A stretch of DNA of 64,000 nt from an uncultured delta proteobacterium (GCA_963827685.1 CAWHBU010000004.1:128001-192000); one strand, 5' to 3'; numbered from the stretch's first letter, positions 9,003 through 20,073 are shown. Numbers and translations are program-made. The notes: generated from the sequence alone by a model not told the origin.

Positions 9003-10472
9003 GTGTTGATACCGAAAATCTGTTTAAATTTAGGCTGGAAGAAGTTTTTAAGAGCGATGCGAAATACGTCGTTTCGAGGCACTGAGATGATGAACGGGCG
9101 ATGGTGGGTGACAGTCAATATTTCTATTGGCGTCTATATGTCCACACTGGATGCCAGCATCGTGAATATCTCCCTTCCCACGATCATTCGATCTTTGAAT
9201 ACCCACTTGACAGCCGTGGCCTGGGTGGTGATGGCTTATTTGATCATGATCACGGGATGCCTGCTTGTGGTGGGAAGGCTCTCGGATCTTTTCGGACTGA
9301 GAAGGATCTACCTCTTAGGGTATTTGACCTTCACCATTGGTTCGGCTCTCTGCAGTTTTTCACCCACGATCTATTTTCTGATCGGTTCCAGGATGCTTCA
9401 AGGATTAGGTGCTTCTGCCCTGATGGCCAATGGTCCTGCGATACTGACAACGGCCTATCCAGAACATGAGAGAGGAAAGGCATTGGGAATTTTGGGTTCA
9501 GTCGTCTCAGCAGGTTTCTTAACAGGGCCTATTCTTGGCGGATTTTTGGTTGAACATCTCGGATGGAGATCAATCTTCTTTATCAATCTCCCCATTGGTG
9601 CCATGGGAATCTATCTCTCTTCGAAAGTCCTCGAAAGGGTCGAACCAACAGGTAAACCACGAGTGGATCTCTGGGGAGCCCTTCTGCTCTTTTTCTTCGT
9701 GACCTCTCTTCTCCTTTTCCTTAATCAAATAGGCCAAGGATCAGCTCCTCTCCTATGGGTATGGCTCTTTTTCAGTCTGCTCTGTTTCAGCCTATTTGTC
9801 ATTGTGGAGATCCTATCCCCTTTCCCATTGGTGGATCTCAAACTTTTTAGAAGACGGCTCTTCATCTCGTCTCTCGGAGCAAGCTTTCTATCCTTCTGGA
9901 TGAGTGCTGCCCATAGCTTCGTCATCCCTTTCTTCCTCCAGAATATCCTGGGGTTTTCGCCCTCCAAGGTAGGAATGCTCATCTTCCCCGTCGCCCTCAC
10001 CGTGATGGTCATGGCTCCTCTGGGGGGAAGGTTTTCTGATCGTTTCGGAGTTAGAATCCCGACCACCATGGGTTTGATCCTGACTTCTTTGACCGTCTTT
10101 TCCTTTACCTTTTTGAAGCCAGTGGTAAGAGATTTTGACATTCTATGGAGACAAATTGTTCTTGGCATTGGGATCAGTTTTTTTAATCCGGCCAATAACA
10201 GCGCCATCATCGGTTCTCTGCCCCGTGAGAAGGTGGGCCTGGCCTCAAGTTTTTTGGCCCTTTCGAGAAATTTGGGAATAGTGATTGGAGTTGCCTTTGC
10301 AGAGATGGTCATTGCTTTCAGACTTCCAGTTGTGCAATTGGAAAAAGCAAAGGCAGGTCCTTCTCTGGAAGGCATACAGGATGTTTGGAAACTTGTTTTG
10401 GTCATCGGGCTTACAGCGATCCTCATCTCTTGGGCAAGGGAGAGTAAATCTAATGTCTCTGGAGGGAAATAG
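9003..10472 (+). CDS. DHA2-family MFS transporter (true start probably about 9087)
   Basis: LDASIVNISLP, GRLSDLFG and WRSIFFINLPIG motifs; about 14 TM segments. Confidence 0.9.
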   Translation: MLIPKICLNLGWKKFLRAMRNTSFRGTEMMNGRWWVTVNISIGVYMSTLDASIVNISLPTIIRSLNTHLTAVAWVVMAYLIMITGCLLVVGRLSDLFGLRRIYLLGYLTFTIGSALCSFSPTIYFLIGSRMLQGLGASALMANGPAILTTAYPEHERGKALGILGSVVSAGFLTGPILGGFLVEHLGWRSIFFINLPIGAMGIYLSSKVLERVEPTGKPRVDLWGALLLFFFVTSLLLFLNQIGQGSAPLLWVWLFFSLLCFSLFVIVEILSPFPLVDLKLFRRRLFISSLGASFLSFWMSAAHSFVIPFFLQNILGFSPSKVGMLIFPVALTVMVMAPLGGRFSDRFGVRIPTTMGLILTSLTVFSFTFLKPVVRDFDILWRQIVLGIGISFFNPANNSAIIGSLPREKVGLASSFLALSRNLGIVIGVAFAEMVIAFRLPVVQLEKAKAGPSLEGIQDVWKLVLVIGLTAILISWARESKSNVSGGK

Positions 10473-10566
10473 TCCTAATCCTCCTTTGGAATGGGAAGTC
10501 GAAGGAAGTCAAAGGGTTGACTTTTTGGGGATTTCTTGAAAAAATAAATTTGAATGGAGGCTTTTA

Positions 10567-11292
10567 GTGAAACGTTCAGATGGAAGAGGGTTTAAGGCTC
10601 TAAGGCCTGTAAAAATTACGAGAAATTATTTAAAACATGCGGAGGGGTCTGTCCTCATCCAAATAGGGGATACCAAAGTGATCTGTTCGGCCAGTGTGGA
10701 AGAGAGAGTACCACCTTTTTTAAGAAATACTGGAAAAGGTTGGGTCACCGCAGAATATTCCATGCTCCCCCGTTCAACGCATACCCGTACTTCCAGAGAT
10801 TCACTAACGGGTCGAGGAAGCGGCCGCGCCTTTGAGATTCAAAGGTTGATCGGACGCTCTTTGAGGTCTGTGACCGATCTCAATGCATTCGGGGAAAGGA
10901 CAATCTGGATCGACTGTGATGTGATCCAAGCCGATGGGGGGACAAGGACGGCTTCTATCACAGGGGCTTATGTTGCTTTGGTGGACGCTTTTCGAAAGAT
11001 GGTTAAAAATGGGATGATTGAAAATGTTCCCGTCAAAGATTCAGTCGCTGCCATTAGCGTAGGGAAAGTGGGTGGGGAAGTCCTGTTGGATTTGGATTAT
11101 GAAGAGGATTCCAAAGCCGAAGTGGATATGAACATAGTGATGACTGGTGGAGGGAAGTTTGTAGAAATCCAGGGCACCGCAGAGGGGGGCGTCTTTGCAA
11201 AAAAGGAGATGGATGGGTTGGTGAAGATCGCTCAAAACGGAATTAAGATCCTTACAAGAATCCAGAAAAAGTCTCTGGAAGGGAAAGGATAA
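10567..11292 (+). CDS. rph: Ribonuclease PH
   Basis: [43 protein letters not shown] motifs. Confidence 0.97.
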   Translation: MKRSDGRGFKALRPVKITRNYLKHAEGSVLIQIGDTKVICSASVEERVPPFLRNTGKGWVTAEYSMLPRSTHTRTSRDSLTGRGSGRAFEIQRLIGRSLRSVTDLNAFGERTIWIDCDVIQADGGTRTASITGAYVALVDAFRKMVKNGMIENVPVKDSVAAISVGKVGGEVLLDLDYEEDSKAEVDMNIVMTGGGKFVEIQGTAEGGVFAKKEMDGLVKIAQNGIKILTRIQKKSLEGKG

Positions 11293-11311
11293 AGTTAATA
11301 TTAGAAAACGA

Positions 11312-11902
11312 TTGGAAGTGGTTGTTGCAACTCGGAACAAGGGGAAAATTAGGGAGATCCGAGAGGCTTTGAAAGGGTTGGGCCTTTGGATCTACACGTT
11401 AAGCGATTTTCCAAATGTCCCTGAAATCGAAGAGAATGGTAAGAGTTTCACTGAAAATGCTCTGAAAAAAGCTCGGTTTTATTCAAAGTACTTTCATAAA
11501 TTGACCATCGCGGATGATTCTGGATTAGAAGTAAATAGCTTGAAAGGCTTGCCTGGGATCTATTCCGCGAGGTACGCTGGAGAAGGGGCATCGAGTCAAG
11601 AGAATAATCAAAAACTCCTAAGGGAGATGCAAGACGTTCCGATTTCGAAAAGAGGAGCGAGATTTAAATGCATCATTGCAGTTGTATCGCCTGACGGAAG
11701 GGAAGCCCTTGCTGAGGGGGCGTGCAGGGGAAGAATTGGATTTGTAGAAAAGGGAAAGAAGGGGTTTGGATATGATCCCCTCTTCATTCCTCCAAATTAT
11801 GGGAAGACGATGGCCGAGCTTTCCCTTGAAGCAAAAAATAGGATTAGCCATCGAGGAAAGGCCTTAAAAAAGATCAGAAGGATAATTCAGTCTTTTTCGT
11901 GA
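11312..11902 (+). CDS. rdgB: Non-canonical purine NTP pyrophosphatase (RdgB/HAM1)
   Basis: ATRNKGK, ADDSGL, PGIYSARY, GFGYDP and SHRG motifs; follows rph. Confidence 0.95.
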   Translation: MEVVVATRNKGKIREIREALKGLGLWIYTLSDFPNVPEIEENGKSFTENALKKARFYSKYFHKLTIADDSGLEVNSLKGLPGIYSARYAGEGASSQENNQKLLREMQDVPISKRGARFKCIIAVVSPDGREALAEGACRGRIGFVEKGKKGFGYDPLFIPPNYGKTMAELSLEAKNRISHRGKALKKIRRIIQSFS

Positions 11903-11954
11903 TTGTGGGCGGTTGTCTCAGCAATAGGGATGTGTTAAATAGGAAGTCAATAAC

Positions 11955-12097
11955 CAAATAGCAAGCACCAAGTACCAAATAATAACCGAAATTGCAATTT
12001 CCCAAAATGCTAATAATATTTACAAACGTATCTTGGTCATTTGGTAATTAAGTAATTGGAATTTGTTTAGAGCTTGGTATTTGGTGATTGGAATTTG
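11955..12097. repeat. Long 7-nt-periodic imperfect inverted repeat immediately 5' of tRNA-Pro
   Basis: Left arm caaatagcaagcaccaagtaccaa...; the right arm reverse-complements to caaattccaatcaccaaataccaa... Confidence 0.75.
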
Positions 12098-12102
12098 AAT
12101 AT

Positions 12103-12180
12103 CGGGGCGTAGCGCAGCCTGGTTAGCGCGCCTGCCTTGGGAGCAGGAGGTCGGCCGTTCAAATCGGCTCGCCCCGACCA
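12103..12180 (+). tRNA. tRNA-Pro (anticodon TGG)
   Basis: Cloverleaf: cggggcg acceptor stem, cctgc-CTTGGGA-gcagg anticodon arm, GTTCAAAT T-loop, encoded CCA. Confidence 0.97.
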
Positions 12181-12288
12181 GTTTTTCAGTTCCTTGCAAA
12201 CCCAATCTAATAAAACCTCGTTCCCTGAGTCTTCCACGTCCATTGAAACTCGATCAATGGTTAAAATGATTTCTTGGGATAGACCATT

Positions 12289-13821
12289 TCACTCAATTTT
12301 TCGAAGACCTCCGAAAGCAGGCAGTAGACCTTTTTCTTTAAGAAGAGATATCATCTTCAACACGTCATCTTTATTATCAAACTTTCCGATCACCACACGA
12401 TACCAGGTCTCTCGGGGTGATACTTTCCGAGGAAGGATCTCTATTTTTTTCCCTCTTAATGCTGGTTCATCGTTGTAAAATTTGGCGGGATCAGGAGTCT
12501 CAAAAGTTCCAGCATGAATTTTAAGAGTATGGTCAAGGGATTGGATGATCAGTAACTCCTCAGTGATATTGGGGATCTTAATTTCCTGGTCAACTATAAT
12601 GAGATGGACATTGGTAATTTTGGGGTTCAACTCTAAGATGAAATCCATAAGAGTTATATTGGCCCTCCCATAATATTTTTGCGTAAGTTGGGAGACGGTT
12701 TCCTCTTTTTTTACGGCCACAACCTCCTTCAGTTTATATTCTCGGCCCATATTGGCAAGAGAGGCAGAAGGTGGAGTAATCTGAGAAAAAGCTGACGTGG
12801 AGGATTCTTCGGTATGGACATGAGGACTTATAATGGATTTGATGCCCCACATTTTGGTAGGTCTTTGGTATGAGTATCTATAGATCAGAAGAAAGAGCCC
12901 TCCGATGAAAAATAAGAATAATAAGATGATAAGGGGAACTTTGTTTAGAAAAAATCTTAATCTGAAGGGGAATGTACGGAATTCATCAATAGGGGTGGGT
13001 GAAGAGGGGGTAATCTTCTGCAGGGTTGGACCTTCTATATCCTTTATCACCTCACGAACGATACTTGCGTCGATCTTATTCTTGGATAGACGGTAACCGG
13101 TCAGGAAAGCATTATCACATAGGGTATTGATAATGCGTGGAATTCCACCGGCATAGTGACAAATCATGGAGATAGCTTCTGGGGTAAACGTTTCAAGGCT
13201 GCTGCTTCCAACCAATCTGAGTCGATGGTCGATATATTCCTTGGACTCTTCTTCGCTTAACGCCTTGATTTGACACCTAACTTTTATCATCTGCTTGAGC
13301 TGTCTTAGACTTCCTAAAGCGAGCTTGTCCTCAAGCTCAGGTTGTCCCACGAAAACGATATTAATTGCCTTCGATTCTAGGTCAGAAAACATCTTGAGTT
13401 CTTCCATCACTTCTTCAGTAAGCTTTTGTGCCTCATCGATGATGATTACCAAGATTTCGTTCTTGGCAGCGATCTGAGTTGAATATTGAATAAGTTGATC
13501 CCAAAGACCTGCCTTGTTTTTCTCGACAGCCCAGAGGTCTAACTCCCGAAGGATCATTCTTAATAAATCATTAAAGGAGACGGTGGTATGAAAAATGAAG
13601 ATAGTCTTCACTTTCACGTCGAAACTATTAAGCAAGGAGTGAATGAGAGTTGTTTTACCTGTCCCCGCTTCGCCAATAATAGAAATTAAGCCTCTTCGTT
13701 CTCTGATCCCATAAATCACGGAGGCCAATGCCTTGCGAAAGCTAGGGGTGAGAAAGATAAATCTGGGGTCAGGAGTTAATTCGAAAGGCTTTTCTGAGAA
13801 AGCATAAAATTCATTATACAT
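12289..13821 (-). CDS. ExeA/GspA-like AAA ATPase with TM helix and C-terminal LysM-like/SPOR-like domains
   Basis: PFELTPDPRF, GEAGTGKTT, IIDEAQ, VGQPEL, GGIPRIINTLCD; C-terminal WYRVVIGKF. Confidence 0.85.
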   Translation of the reverse strand: MYNEFYAFSEKPFELTPDPRFIFLTPSFRKALASVIYGIRERRGLISIIGEAGTGKTTLIHSLLNSFDVKVKTIFIFHTTVSFNDLLRMILRELDLWAVEKNKAGLWDQLIQYSTQIAAKNEILVIIIDEAQKLTEEVMEELKMFSDLESKAINIVFVGQPELEDKLALGSLRQLKQMIKVRCQIKALSEEESKEYIDHRLRLVGSSSLETFTPEAISMICHYAGGIPRIINTLCDNAFLTGYRLSKNKIDASIVREVIKDIEGPTLQKITPSSPTPIDEFRTFPFRLRFFLNKVPLIILLFLFFIGGLFLLIYRYSYQRPTKMWGIKSIISPHVHTEESSTSAFSQITPPSASLANMGREYKLKEVVAVKKEETVSQLTQKYYGRANITLMDFILELNPKITNVHLIIVDQEIKIPNITEELLIIQSLDHTLKIHAGTFETPDPAKFYNDEPALRGKKIEILPRKVSPRETWYRVVIGKFDNKDDVLKMISLLKEKGLLPAFGGLRKIE

Positions 13822-14108
13822 ATGTTACCTAATTATCAATAGAGATGTATCTCAAAGTATTTATCTTCTTTAAAGAAAATAGGGACTGAGTTCGTCCCTG
13901 AATCATTGAAACACAGCATCCACAAGGAAATAATCCAAAAGAAGTTTAACCCTGATTCTGGGATGCTTTCTCGTTTCAACGACGGCAGTTTTAGGTTTTA
14001 ACTTTTCCTCCCCTAAAGGGCTATTAATGGAAGGCTCAATTTTGATAAAAGACTACTAAACAGGAGCAAATAAGTCAACCGAAAGTTTAATGTCCAGTGA
14101 ATAAGTGC

Positions 14109-15554
14109 GAGTCAATACCTTTTTTAGTTGAAATTCGATAATGGCTCCTTGTTGAGTTCATCAGGCCGCCTCCGCCACCTTCGGCATTTCTTGTTTTCCT
14201 CCCTGTCTCGCAATCTCCCTCTGGATAGAAATTCTTAACTGTGGAAGATATCTGTAACCCTTGACCTTTCTAAGTCTCGGCTCAATATCTAAAAGGGCTG
14301 CGGCTAACCACCGATGCTTCTGATCACTATTCTTCCAATAATCGACCTTGTCGGTCTTCTGACCAATGAGCGCCATCAAGGATTCGATACAGTTCGTGGT
14401 TTTAAAGCTGATCCCACATTCTCTAAGGAGTCCCAAACGATGCAGCGTCAAGGTCTCTTCACATCCTTCGTCTAAACTATTGACCGCCGATCGGTTGAGC
14501 AGCTGCAGTTCCTTACGAATCTTTAACAGTCTCTCCTTCGCCCTTTCATAGATGGGCTCCTCATAGGCCTCTTGAAGCTTCCGCCTCATCGAAGCCTGCA
14601 TCGCCTTCGGAAGATAACTCACCACATTCTCCCGCTTGTGCCACTGGCATCGCTGCACCAAGGCTTTATTCCCAAAAACTTCATACACCGCTTTCCTCAA
14701 CCCTTTCGATCCATCAATCACACATAAAAACCCTTCTTCCATCTCTAGCCCACGCTCCAGCAACCCCTGGAGCATTTCCCGGCCAACCCGCTCATTCTCC
14801 GTCCCCGCCTGAATAAATCCTAAAAGAATCTTCTCCCCTTTGACGGTAATCCCCAATACCAAAATCATCTCATCTGCACCAAAACTCTTCCCATCCAGAA
14901 TCAATGCTACAAAATCATACCCCTCCAATCGACGCTCGCAAAGCTCCTTGAGCGCTTTTGCGCTGACTCGAATGTATCGCCTCGAAATCGTCGAACCACT
15001 CAAACCAAAAGCCTCCGGCACCGCTTCCGCACACTCCTCATAGTTCCGACAACTTAATCCATGGAGAACTCGTCTCAATACCCCTTCATCTGCCCCACGA
15101 GGCTCCTGTAACCGCTCATAACTCTTTAACCGTACCTCTTTCCCCCCACGCCTATCTCTCACCCTTGGCACCAAGATCGGAAGCTTCTGATCCGATAGAT
15201 AAACTGACCCCCCTTGGCTCCCCCAACGATCATACCCAGGAACCCCCCGGCGCTTATATCTTTCCCCAGCTAAACTTCTGACTTCTTCCTCCAAAACCTC
15301 CTTCACATGCCACAACCCTACGGGGATCAATGCCTGGATTAACTCTATCTTCATATCCACATCCATCTGCTTCAATCCCCTATCACAAATCTCTTTCACC
15401 CGCGCCCGCCTAACCTTGACACCTCTACCAATCCGTAATATCTTCTCCATCACTGGCTCCTTTCTTGGTGGTTTTTCTTTTTCTTCCCAAAGTAAGAGAT
15501 TACCACCATTTTAGGAGCCACTTCTCAAATTTCAACTAAATTTAGCACACCCTC
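14109..15554 (-). mobile_element. IS256-family insertion sequence, 1446 bp, 8-bp target duplication ATAAGTGC
   Basis: Imperfect terminal IRs (GAG...TTTAGTTGAAATT at both ends). ATAAGTGC at 14101-14108 and 15555-15562. Confidence 0.93.
14161..15453 (-). CDS. IS256-family DDE transposase
   Basis: LILDG, VIDGSKGL, QRCQWHK and TTNCIES motifs. Confidence 0.93.
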   Translation of the reverse strand: MMEKILRIGRGVKVRRARVKEICDRGLKQMDVDMKIELIQALIPVGLWHVKEVLEEEVRSLAGERYKRRGVPGYDRWGSQGGSVYLSDQKLPILVPRVRDRRGGKEVRLKSYERLQEPRGADEGVLRRVLHGLSCRNYEECAEAVPEAFGLSGSTISRRYIRVSAKALKELCERRLEGYDFVALILDGKSFGADEMILVLGITVKGEKILLGFIQAGTENERVGREMLQGLLERGLEMEEGFLCVIDGSKGLRKAVYEVFGNKALVQRCQWHKRENVVSYLPKAMQASMRRKLQEAYEEPIYERAKERLLKIRKELQLLNRSAVNSLDEGCEETLTLHRLGLLRECGISFKTTNCIESLMALIGQKTDKVDYWKNSDQKHRWLAAALLDIEPRLRKVKGYRYLPQLRISIQREIARQGGKQEMPKVAEAA

Positions 15555-15848
15555 ATAAGTGCCCTTTTTCATATATTAAATAGTGGGTGTAAAGGAAGTT
15601 TATGATTTTAAAAATGGGTCAGTAAGTATATTCAAAAGAAAATAAGCCTGCTGAGCTCCTGAGGAAGAGTCTCCCTATTCTTTCTTCCACTATTCGTTAA
15701 AACCTGGACAAAATGTCAAAGAATGAAAAAAATCGGTACTGTTCCGCTAAAATGGAGAAAAGTAAGGTAAGAGGGGGATCATTATAACTTAATAAATTCA
15801 TTAAGTTTAGGAAGCATTTATACCTGCGTGTTCTCAATGGTTTTCAAT

Positions 15849-15864
15849 TGGTATGTTTTTTGCT
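15849..15864 (+). promoter_or_regulatory. Putative sigma-54 (-24/-12) promoter of the sensor kinase operon
   Basis: TGGTATgttttTTGCT gives GG-N10-GC spacing about 70 bp upstream of the ATG. Confidence 0.5.
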
Positions 15865-15936
15865 CAATTTTCACAATAGATGGATTAAGTAAGCGAAATA
15901 AAATTTATTTTTTCCAGACTCGAACGTAATTATAAG

Positions 15937-17871
15937 ATGGAAAACCAGGAAAGAAAAAAAATCATTTTAACGCTAAGATGGACCGCCGTCATTGTCACTT
16001 CTTACCTCATCCTATTTGGTAAAGGGAGGGTGATGGACCTCTATTCAAGTTACATTCTTATTATTGTCTATCTCTTGTCAAATGTTTTACTTACCTTCTT
16101 TCCTAAAACATGGTTCTCAAATTTAAAATTATTCTACCCGTTAGTCCTCTTTGACACTGGAATTGTTTCGTTCGGAATGTATCTTTCTGAGAAGATGACG
16201 ACAGATTTCTATATCGTTTTTTTCTTGATTATCATCTTTGCATCGGTCAGTCGCAATTTTAAACTATTGATGGTCATTGGAGGGATCACTGCACTTCTCT
16301 ACGGGGTTCTCCTCTATTCATGGGGACTTTTAACTAAGGAAGAGGGTAGTAGTTACACCCTTCGGATCCCCTTCATATTCATCATGACGGCTTTCTATGG
16401 GTATATCGTTCAAACCTTAACGAGGGAAAAACGCCAGGAGCTCACTATTTCTGAAGACAAATATCGTGGCCTCTTCGAAAATGCCAACGAGGGGATCATC
16501 CTCTTGAGAAATCCTCAGTTACAAATTGCTGATGTCAACAGAGAAGTCGAGAAGGTGTTAGGTTACACCAAAGGAGAACTTTTTCGAAAGGAGTTCTTTG
16601 ATTTATTCACACCTGAAGAAATAGAGAAAGCAAGAGATTATTTCAAAGAAGTCGCTGAGAAAGGAGAAGGAAGAGCTGACTATCTATCCCTAATAAAGAA
16701 GGATGGATCCTCACTCGAGGTGGACTTTTCCATCAAGAGAATTGATTTAGGGGATGATTCCTTCTATCAGATGATCTTTCGGGATCTGACCGAGCAGAGG
16801 AAGCTTGAAAAGAGAATCAGAGAAAGTAAAAGAAATCTCGAGGCGATTTTCGATGGAATTCGAGATCGGCTCTCCATACAGGCTCCGGATTATCGAATTC
16901 TCCGTGTGAATAGAGCTGTCATTGAAAATTACCAAACCACTTTTGAAAAATTGATCAACCAAAAATGTCACGAGGCTTATTTCCGGAGATCGCAACCCTG
17001 TGAAAGATGTCCAGTCTCAGTGACCATCGAGACCAAACAACCCGCCACCTCTATCATGAAGAGTTCAGAAGATAATACGACCTTGCAAGTCTTCTCTTAT
17101 CCCATTTTGGATGAAAAAGGAAATCTTTTATCGGCCATTGAATATACGAAGGATATTACTGAGGAGCAAAGGTTGCAAGAACAGCTCATCCAATCAGAGA
17201 AGTTGGCAGGAATAGGGATATTGGCCTCCGGTGTGGCGCATGAGATCAATAACCCTCTCAGTGGCATTATCGGGATGGCAGAGATTGCATTGGAGGAGGA
17301 AGATCCTACTAAAAACGAAAGTTATTTAAAGGATATCCTCAGTTGTGCCCAAAGAATCAGTGGGATCGTGAGTGCATTGCGATCCTACTCTCGAGCTGCG
17401 AAAAAAGGAGAATTGGATCTTGTGAATCTCAATGAAGTTCTTGAAGAGACCCTAAAGATGGTTCGCTTAGTGGCCCAAAAGACTCCGGTGGAGGTAATCA
17501 AGAATTTTCAACCTACTGAAAAAATACAGGCTAACATTGGCGAAATTCAGCAAGTCTTTACCAATTTAATTACCAATGCGTTTCAGGCTATGGATGGAAA
17601 AGGTGGAAAATTGATTCTCTCCACTCGATCGGTAGGAGATTGGGTCGAGGTGAAGGTGAGCGATGATGGCATGGGAATTCCTCAGAAATATCTCAATCAA
17701 GTTTTCGATCCATTCTTCACAACCAAAAAACCTGGTGAGGGAACGGGCCTCGGTCTAAATATTGTTTATCGAATCGTGACCAAGTATGAAGGGACAATTG
17801 ACGTGGAGAGCAGAGACCAAATTGGGACAACGTTTACGATTAAATTTCCAATAAGGAGGGCTGAAACATGA
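15937..17871 (+). CDS. Membrane PAS-domain sensor histidine kinase (NtrB-like)
   Basis: N-terminal TM segments, two PAS regions, H-box VAHEINNPL, N-box, DDGMG, F-box FFTTK, GTGLGL. Confidence 0.93.
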   Translation: MENQERKKIILTLRWTAVIVTSYLILFGKGRVMDLYSSYILIIVYLLSNVLLTFFPKTWFSNLKLFYPLVLFDTGIVSFGMYLSEKMTTDFYIVFFLIIIFASVSRNFKLLMVIGGITALLYGVLLYSWGLLTKEEGSSYTLRIPFIFIMTAFYGYIVQTLTREKRQELTISEDKYRGLFENANEGIILLRNPQLQIADVNREVEKVLGYTKGELFRKEFFDLFTPEEIEKARDYFKEVAEKGEGRADYLSLIKKDGSSLEVDFSIKRIDLGDDSFYQMIFRDLTEQRKLEKRIRESKRNLEAIFDGIRDRLSIQAPDYRILRVNRAVIENYQTTFEKLINQKCHEAYFRRSQPCERCPVSVTIETKQPATSIMKSSEDNTTLQVFSYPILDEKGNLLSAIEYTKDITEEQRLQEQLIQSEKLAGIGILASGVAHEINNPLSGIIGMAEIALEEEDPTKNESYLKDILSCAQRISGIVSALRSYSRAAKKGELDLVNLNEVLEETLKMVRLVAQKTPVEVIKNFQPTEKIQANIGEIQQVFTNLITNAFQAMDGKGGKLILSTRSVGDWVEVKVSDDGMGIPQKYLNQVFDPFFTTKKPGEGTGLGLNIVYRIVTKYEGTIDVESRDQIGTTFTIKFPIRRAET

Positions 17872-18257
17872 GCAGGAAGATATTGATCGTGGATGATGAA
17901 GAGGTGATCCGAAAGTTTTTGAAAATCCATCTGACTAAATTGGGTTATGAGGTACAGGAGGCCGCCGATGGGGAGCAAGCCATAGAACAATTGGGAAAAG
18001 ATGATTTTGACCTTCTCATCTGCGATATTCTGATGCCCAAAAAGGACGGATGGGAGGTTATTAAAGAGCTGAAATCGAATCCCAAAACGAAGGCTATGCC
18101 AGTGATTGTTCTAACGGCTAAAAATGAAGATTCAGATATGTTTAAAGGATACGGTCTGGGTGCCAATTATTACATGACCAAGCCCTTCACTAAGGCCCAA
18201 CTCCTCTACGGATTGAAACTCATGTTCAATGAAACTCCAGGAGAGATAAGGGTATAA
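17868..18257 (+). CDS. Single-domain response regulator (CheY-like)
   Basis: ILIVDD, CDILMP, LTA and KPF motifs; ATGA overlap with the kinase. Confidence 0.93.
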   Translation: MSRKILIVDDEEVIRKFLKIHLTKLGYEVQEAADGEQAIEQLGKDDFDLLICDILMPKKDGWEVIKELKSNPKTKAMPVIVLTAKNEDSDMFKGYGLGANYYMTKPFTKAQLLYGLKLMFNETPGEIRV

Positions 18258-18611
18258 GGCCATTGTTATTCAGCCCTTTTCTTAAATAGGCTGGAAGAAC
18301 TCGATCTTGTTCACTTATGAAGCTTCTTCGTTTACCTAGGGATCTTCACTCTGTTACAGAACAATAGCTTCCTACCTCACCGTCAAGGTTTCGTCTGGCA
18401 AAATGTAAAACTTTCCTAACAGACAAAGGCGGAAATTAATAAAAAATGTCTAAAGGAGAAAAGGTCTAAGAAAACCAACTGTTTTCTGAAGAATGTTGAA
18501 TATTTTTATTGACTTATTTTTTGAAGTAATATAAATATGCCTCTGTTCGGACTTATCAAATGTTGTTGAAGCAAAAGCCCATTTTGAGATTGATCAGATA
18601 TTGAAAAAGAA

Positions 18612-19241
18612 GTGAGAGGAGAAAATCCGAGAAGGAGTATTCACTGGGCTTTTGTTAGGGAGGCCGGGGTTTCCAAAATGACCTCGTTCGATTACAAAAA
18701 AGAGAAATTCTCATGGGAACAGGGGGGGCGCTTTAGAATGAAAACCATCGTTTTCGCCATTTTGATTATTAGCCTATTGTTGTTTCCCTTACAAGTTAAA
18801 GCAGACGCACAATTCCAATTCGTTGCTCGTGATCTTTCTGCACCTCATTCATCACCTTCCCGGCTCATCGCAACAGACCAAGAGGTAAGACAGTTTTTTG
18901 ACAACTATATCGAACGATATACGAGAAAGGACATCGATGGATTTCTTTGGCTTTTCTCTTTGAAAGCCGTTCAGAATCAGAAAGATGGGCTGCCTGAGAT
19001 CAGAGAGATGTACAGCAATTTTTTTGATCAGACCCAGACACTCCGTTGTCGCATCGAGGACCGGAAGGTAGAAATTTATGAAAATGCTGTAGAAGTGAAA
19101 GCCCGTTACGAAATTGAGCAAATAGTGAAGAGAAGTGAAGAAAGGAAAGTCTTGAAAGGATGGATACGGTGGGTTTTGGTCAAAGAAGACGGAATTCTCA
19201 AGATCCTTTCCATCGATTATAAACATGAGAAAACCCCTTAA
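18612..19241 (+). CDS. Secreted NTF2/SnoaL-like protein (likely start ATG 18738)
   Basis: Signal peptide MKTIVFAILIISLLLFPLQVKA; YTRKDIDGFL...WVLVKEDGILKI pattern. Confidence 0.65.
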   Translation: MRGENPRRSIHWAFVREAGVSKMTSFDYKKEKFSWEQGGRFRMKTIVFAILIISLLLFPLQVKADAQFQFVARDLSAPHSSPSRLIATDQEVRQFFDNYIERYTRKDIDGFLWLFSLKAVQNQKDGLPEIREMYSNFFDQTQTLRCRIEDRKVEIYENAVEVKARYEIEQIVKRSEERKVLKGWIRWVLVKEDGILKILSIDYKHEKTP

Positions 19242-19249
19242 AGGAAGAA

Positions 19250-19565
19250 GGGCACGGATAGGACTTCATAAAATCATTTTTCTTTTCCCTTATGGTTTTC
19301 ATTTCGGTATACTTTCTTTTTGACAAGGCGTAAGCTTCTCCCACTTGAAATCCGGATAGCCATGGCCATGGAGGAGGCTGATCAATTCATTGATGAATAT
19401 GTAGCTCGGCGAATGAAACTGGATCTCGATCCCTTTAAGGGACTTTTATGAAGAAAGTCATGAAAAATCGAATGCTCCCTTATGCCGATATTCGAAAGGC
19501 TTACCAGAAGGTGGTTGCTTGCAGCCGTTCAATCGTGTACCTTTTAAAGATTTATTCCGGCGTAA
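19250..19565 (+). pseudogene. Degenerate paralog of the upstream SnoaL-like gene
   Basis: Fragments EEADQFIDEYVARRMKLDLDPFKGLL* and NRMLPYADIRKAYQKVV resemble QFFDNYIERYTRKDIDGFL...LPEIREMYSNFF, with a stop and a frameshift. Confidence 0.5.
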
Positions 19566-19951
19566 TTAAACTTCAAATTACAGAGTTAAAACTCTCAAAA
19601 TTCCAAACCTTTTGACTGAATTATTCAGTCAAATTTTCCATTCACTTGAGGGATGGTCTGTTTCTTTAACCCTCTTATGCATCCTCTGGCTGGCCGGATA
19701 GTACCCCGCAATCAAATTTGGGATGAGGGGTACAATATAATGTGATCGTTCATTCCTGGGAAGCTCCATTCTTTTCGCGTGAAGCTTCCATTCTCCAGTC
19801 AGTTCCTGGAAAATCCCTTATGAACAGGAATGTGACTCGTAATCTTCATCATCCTTGAAACTAACAGCACCGTAGGTACGTCCGCGCAATACTTCAATGA
19901 CAAAATTACTCAATAACTTAAGGAGCTTAAATCCAGCCGACTAATTTCGCC

Positions 19952-19980
19952 TTGACGAAAACTCAAAGAAGTCGTATATT
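19952..19980 (+). promoter_or_regulatory. Sigma-70 promoter of tRNA-Arg
   Basis: TTGACG-17 bp-TATATT, 10 bp before the tRNA. Confidence 0.7.
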
Positions 19981-19990
19981 TAGCAATTAA

Positions 19991-20067
19991 GCGCCTGTAG
20001 CTCAGATGGATAGAGCTACGGACTTCTAATCCGTGGGTCGGGGGTTCGAATCCCTCCAGGCGCGCCA
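19991..20067 (+). tRNA. tRNA-Arg (anticodon TCT); integration site of the adjacent element
   Basis: gcgcctg acceptor stem, acgga-CTTCTAA-tccgt anticodon arm, GGTTCGAATCC, CCA end. Confidence 0.97.
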
Positions 20068-20073
20068 AAGATT

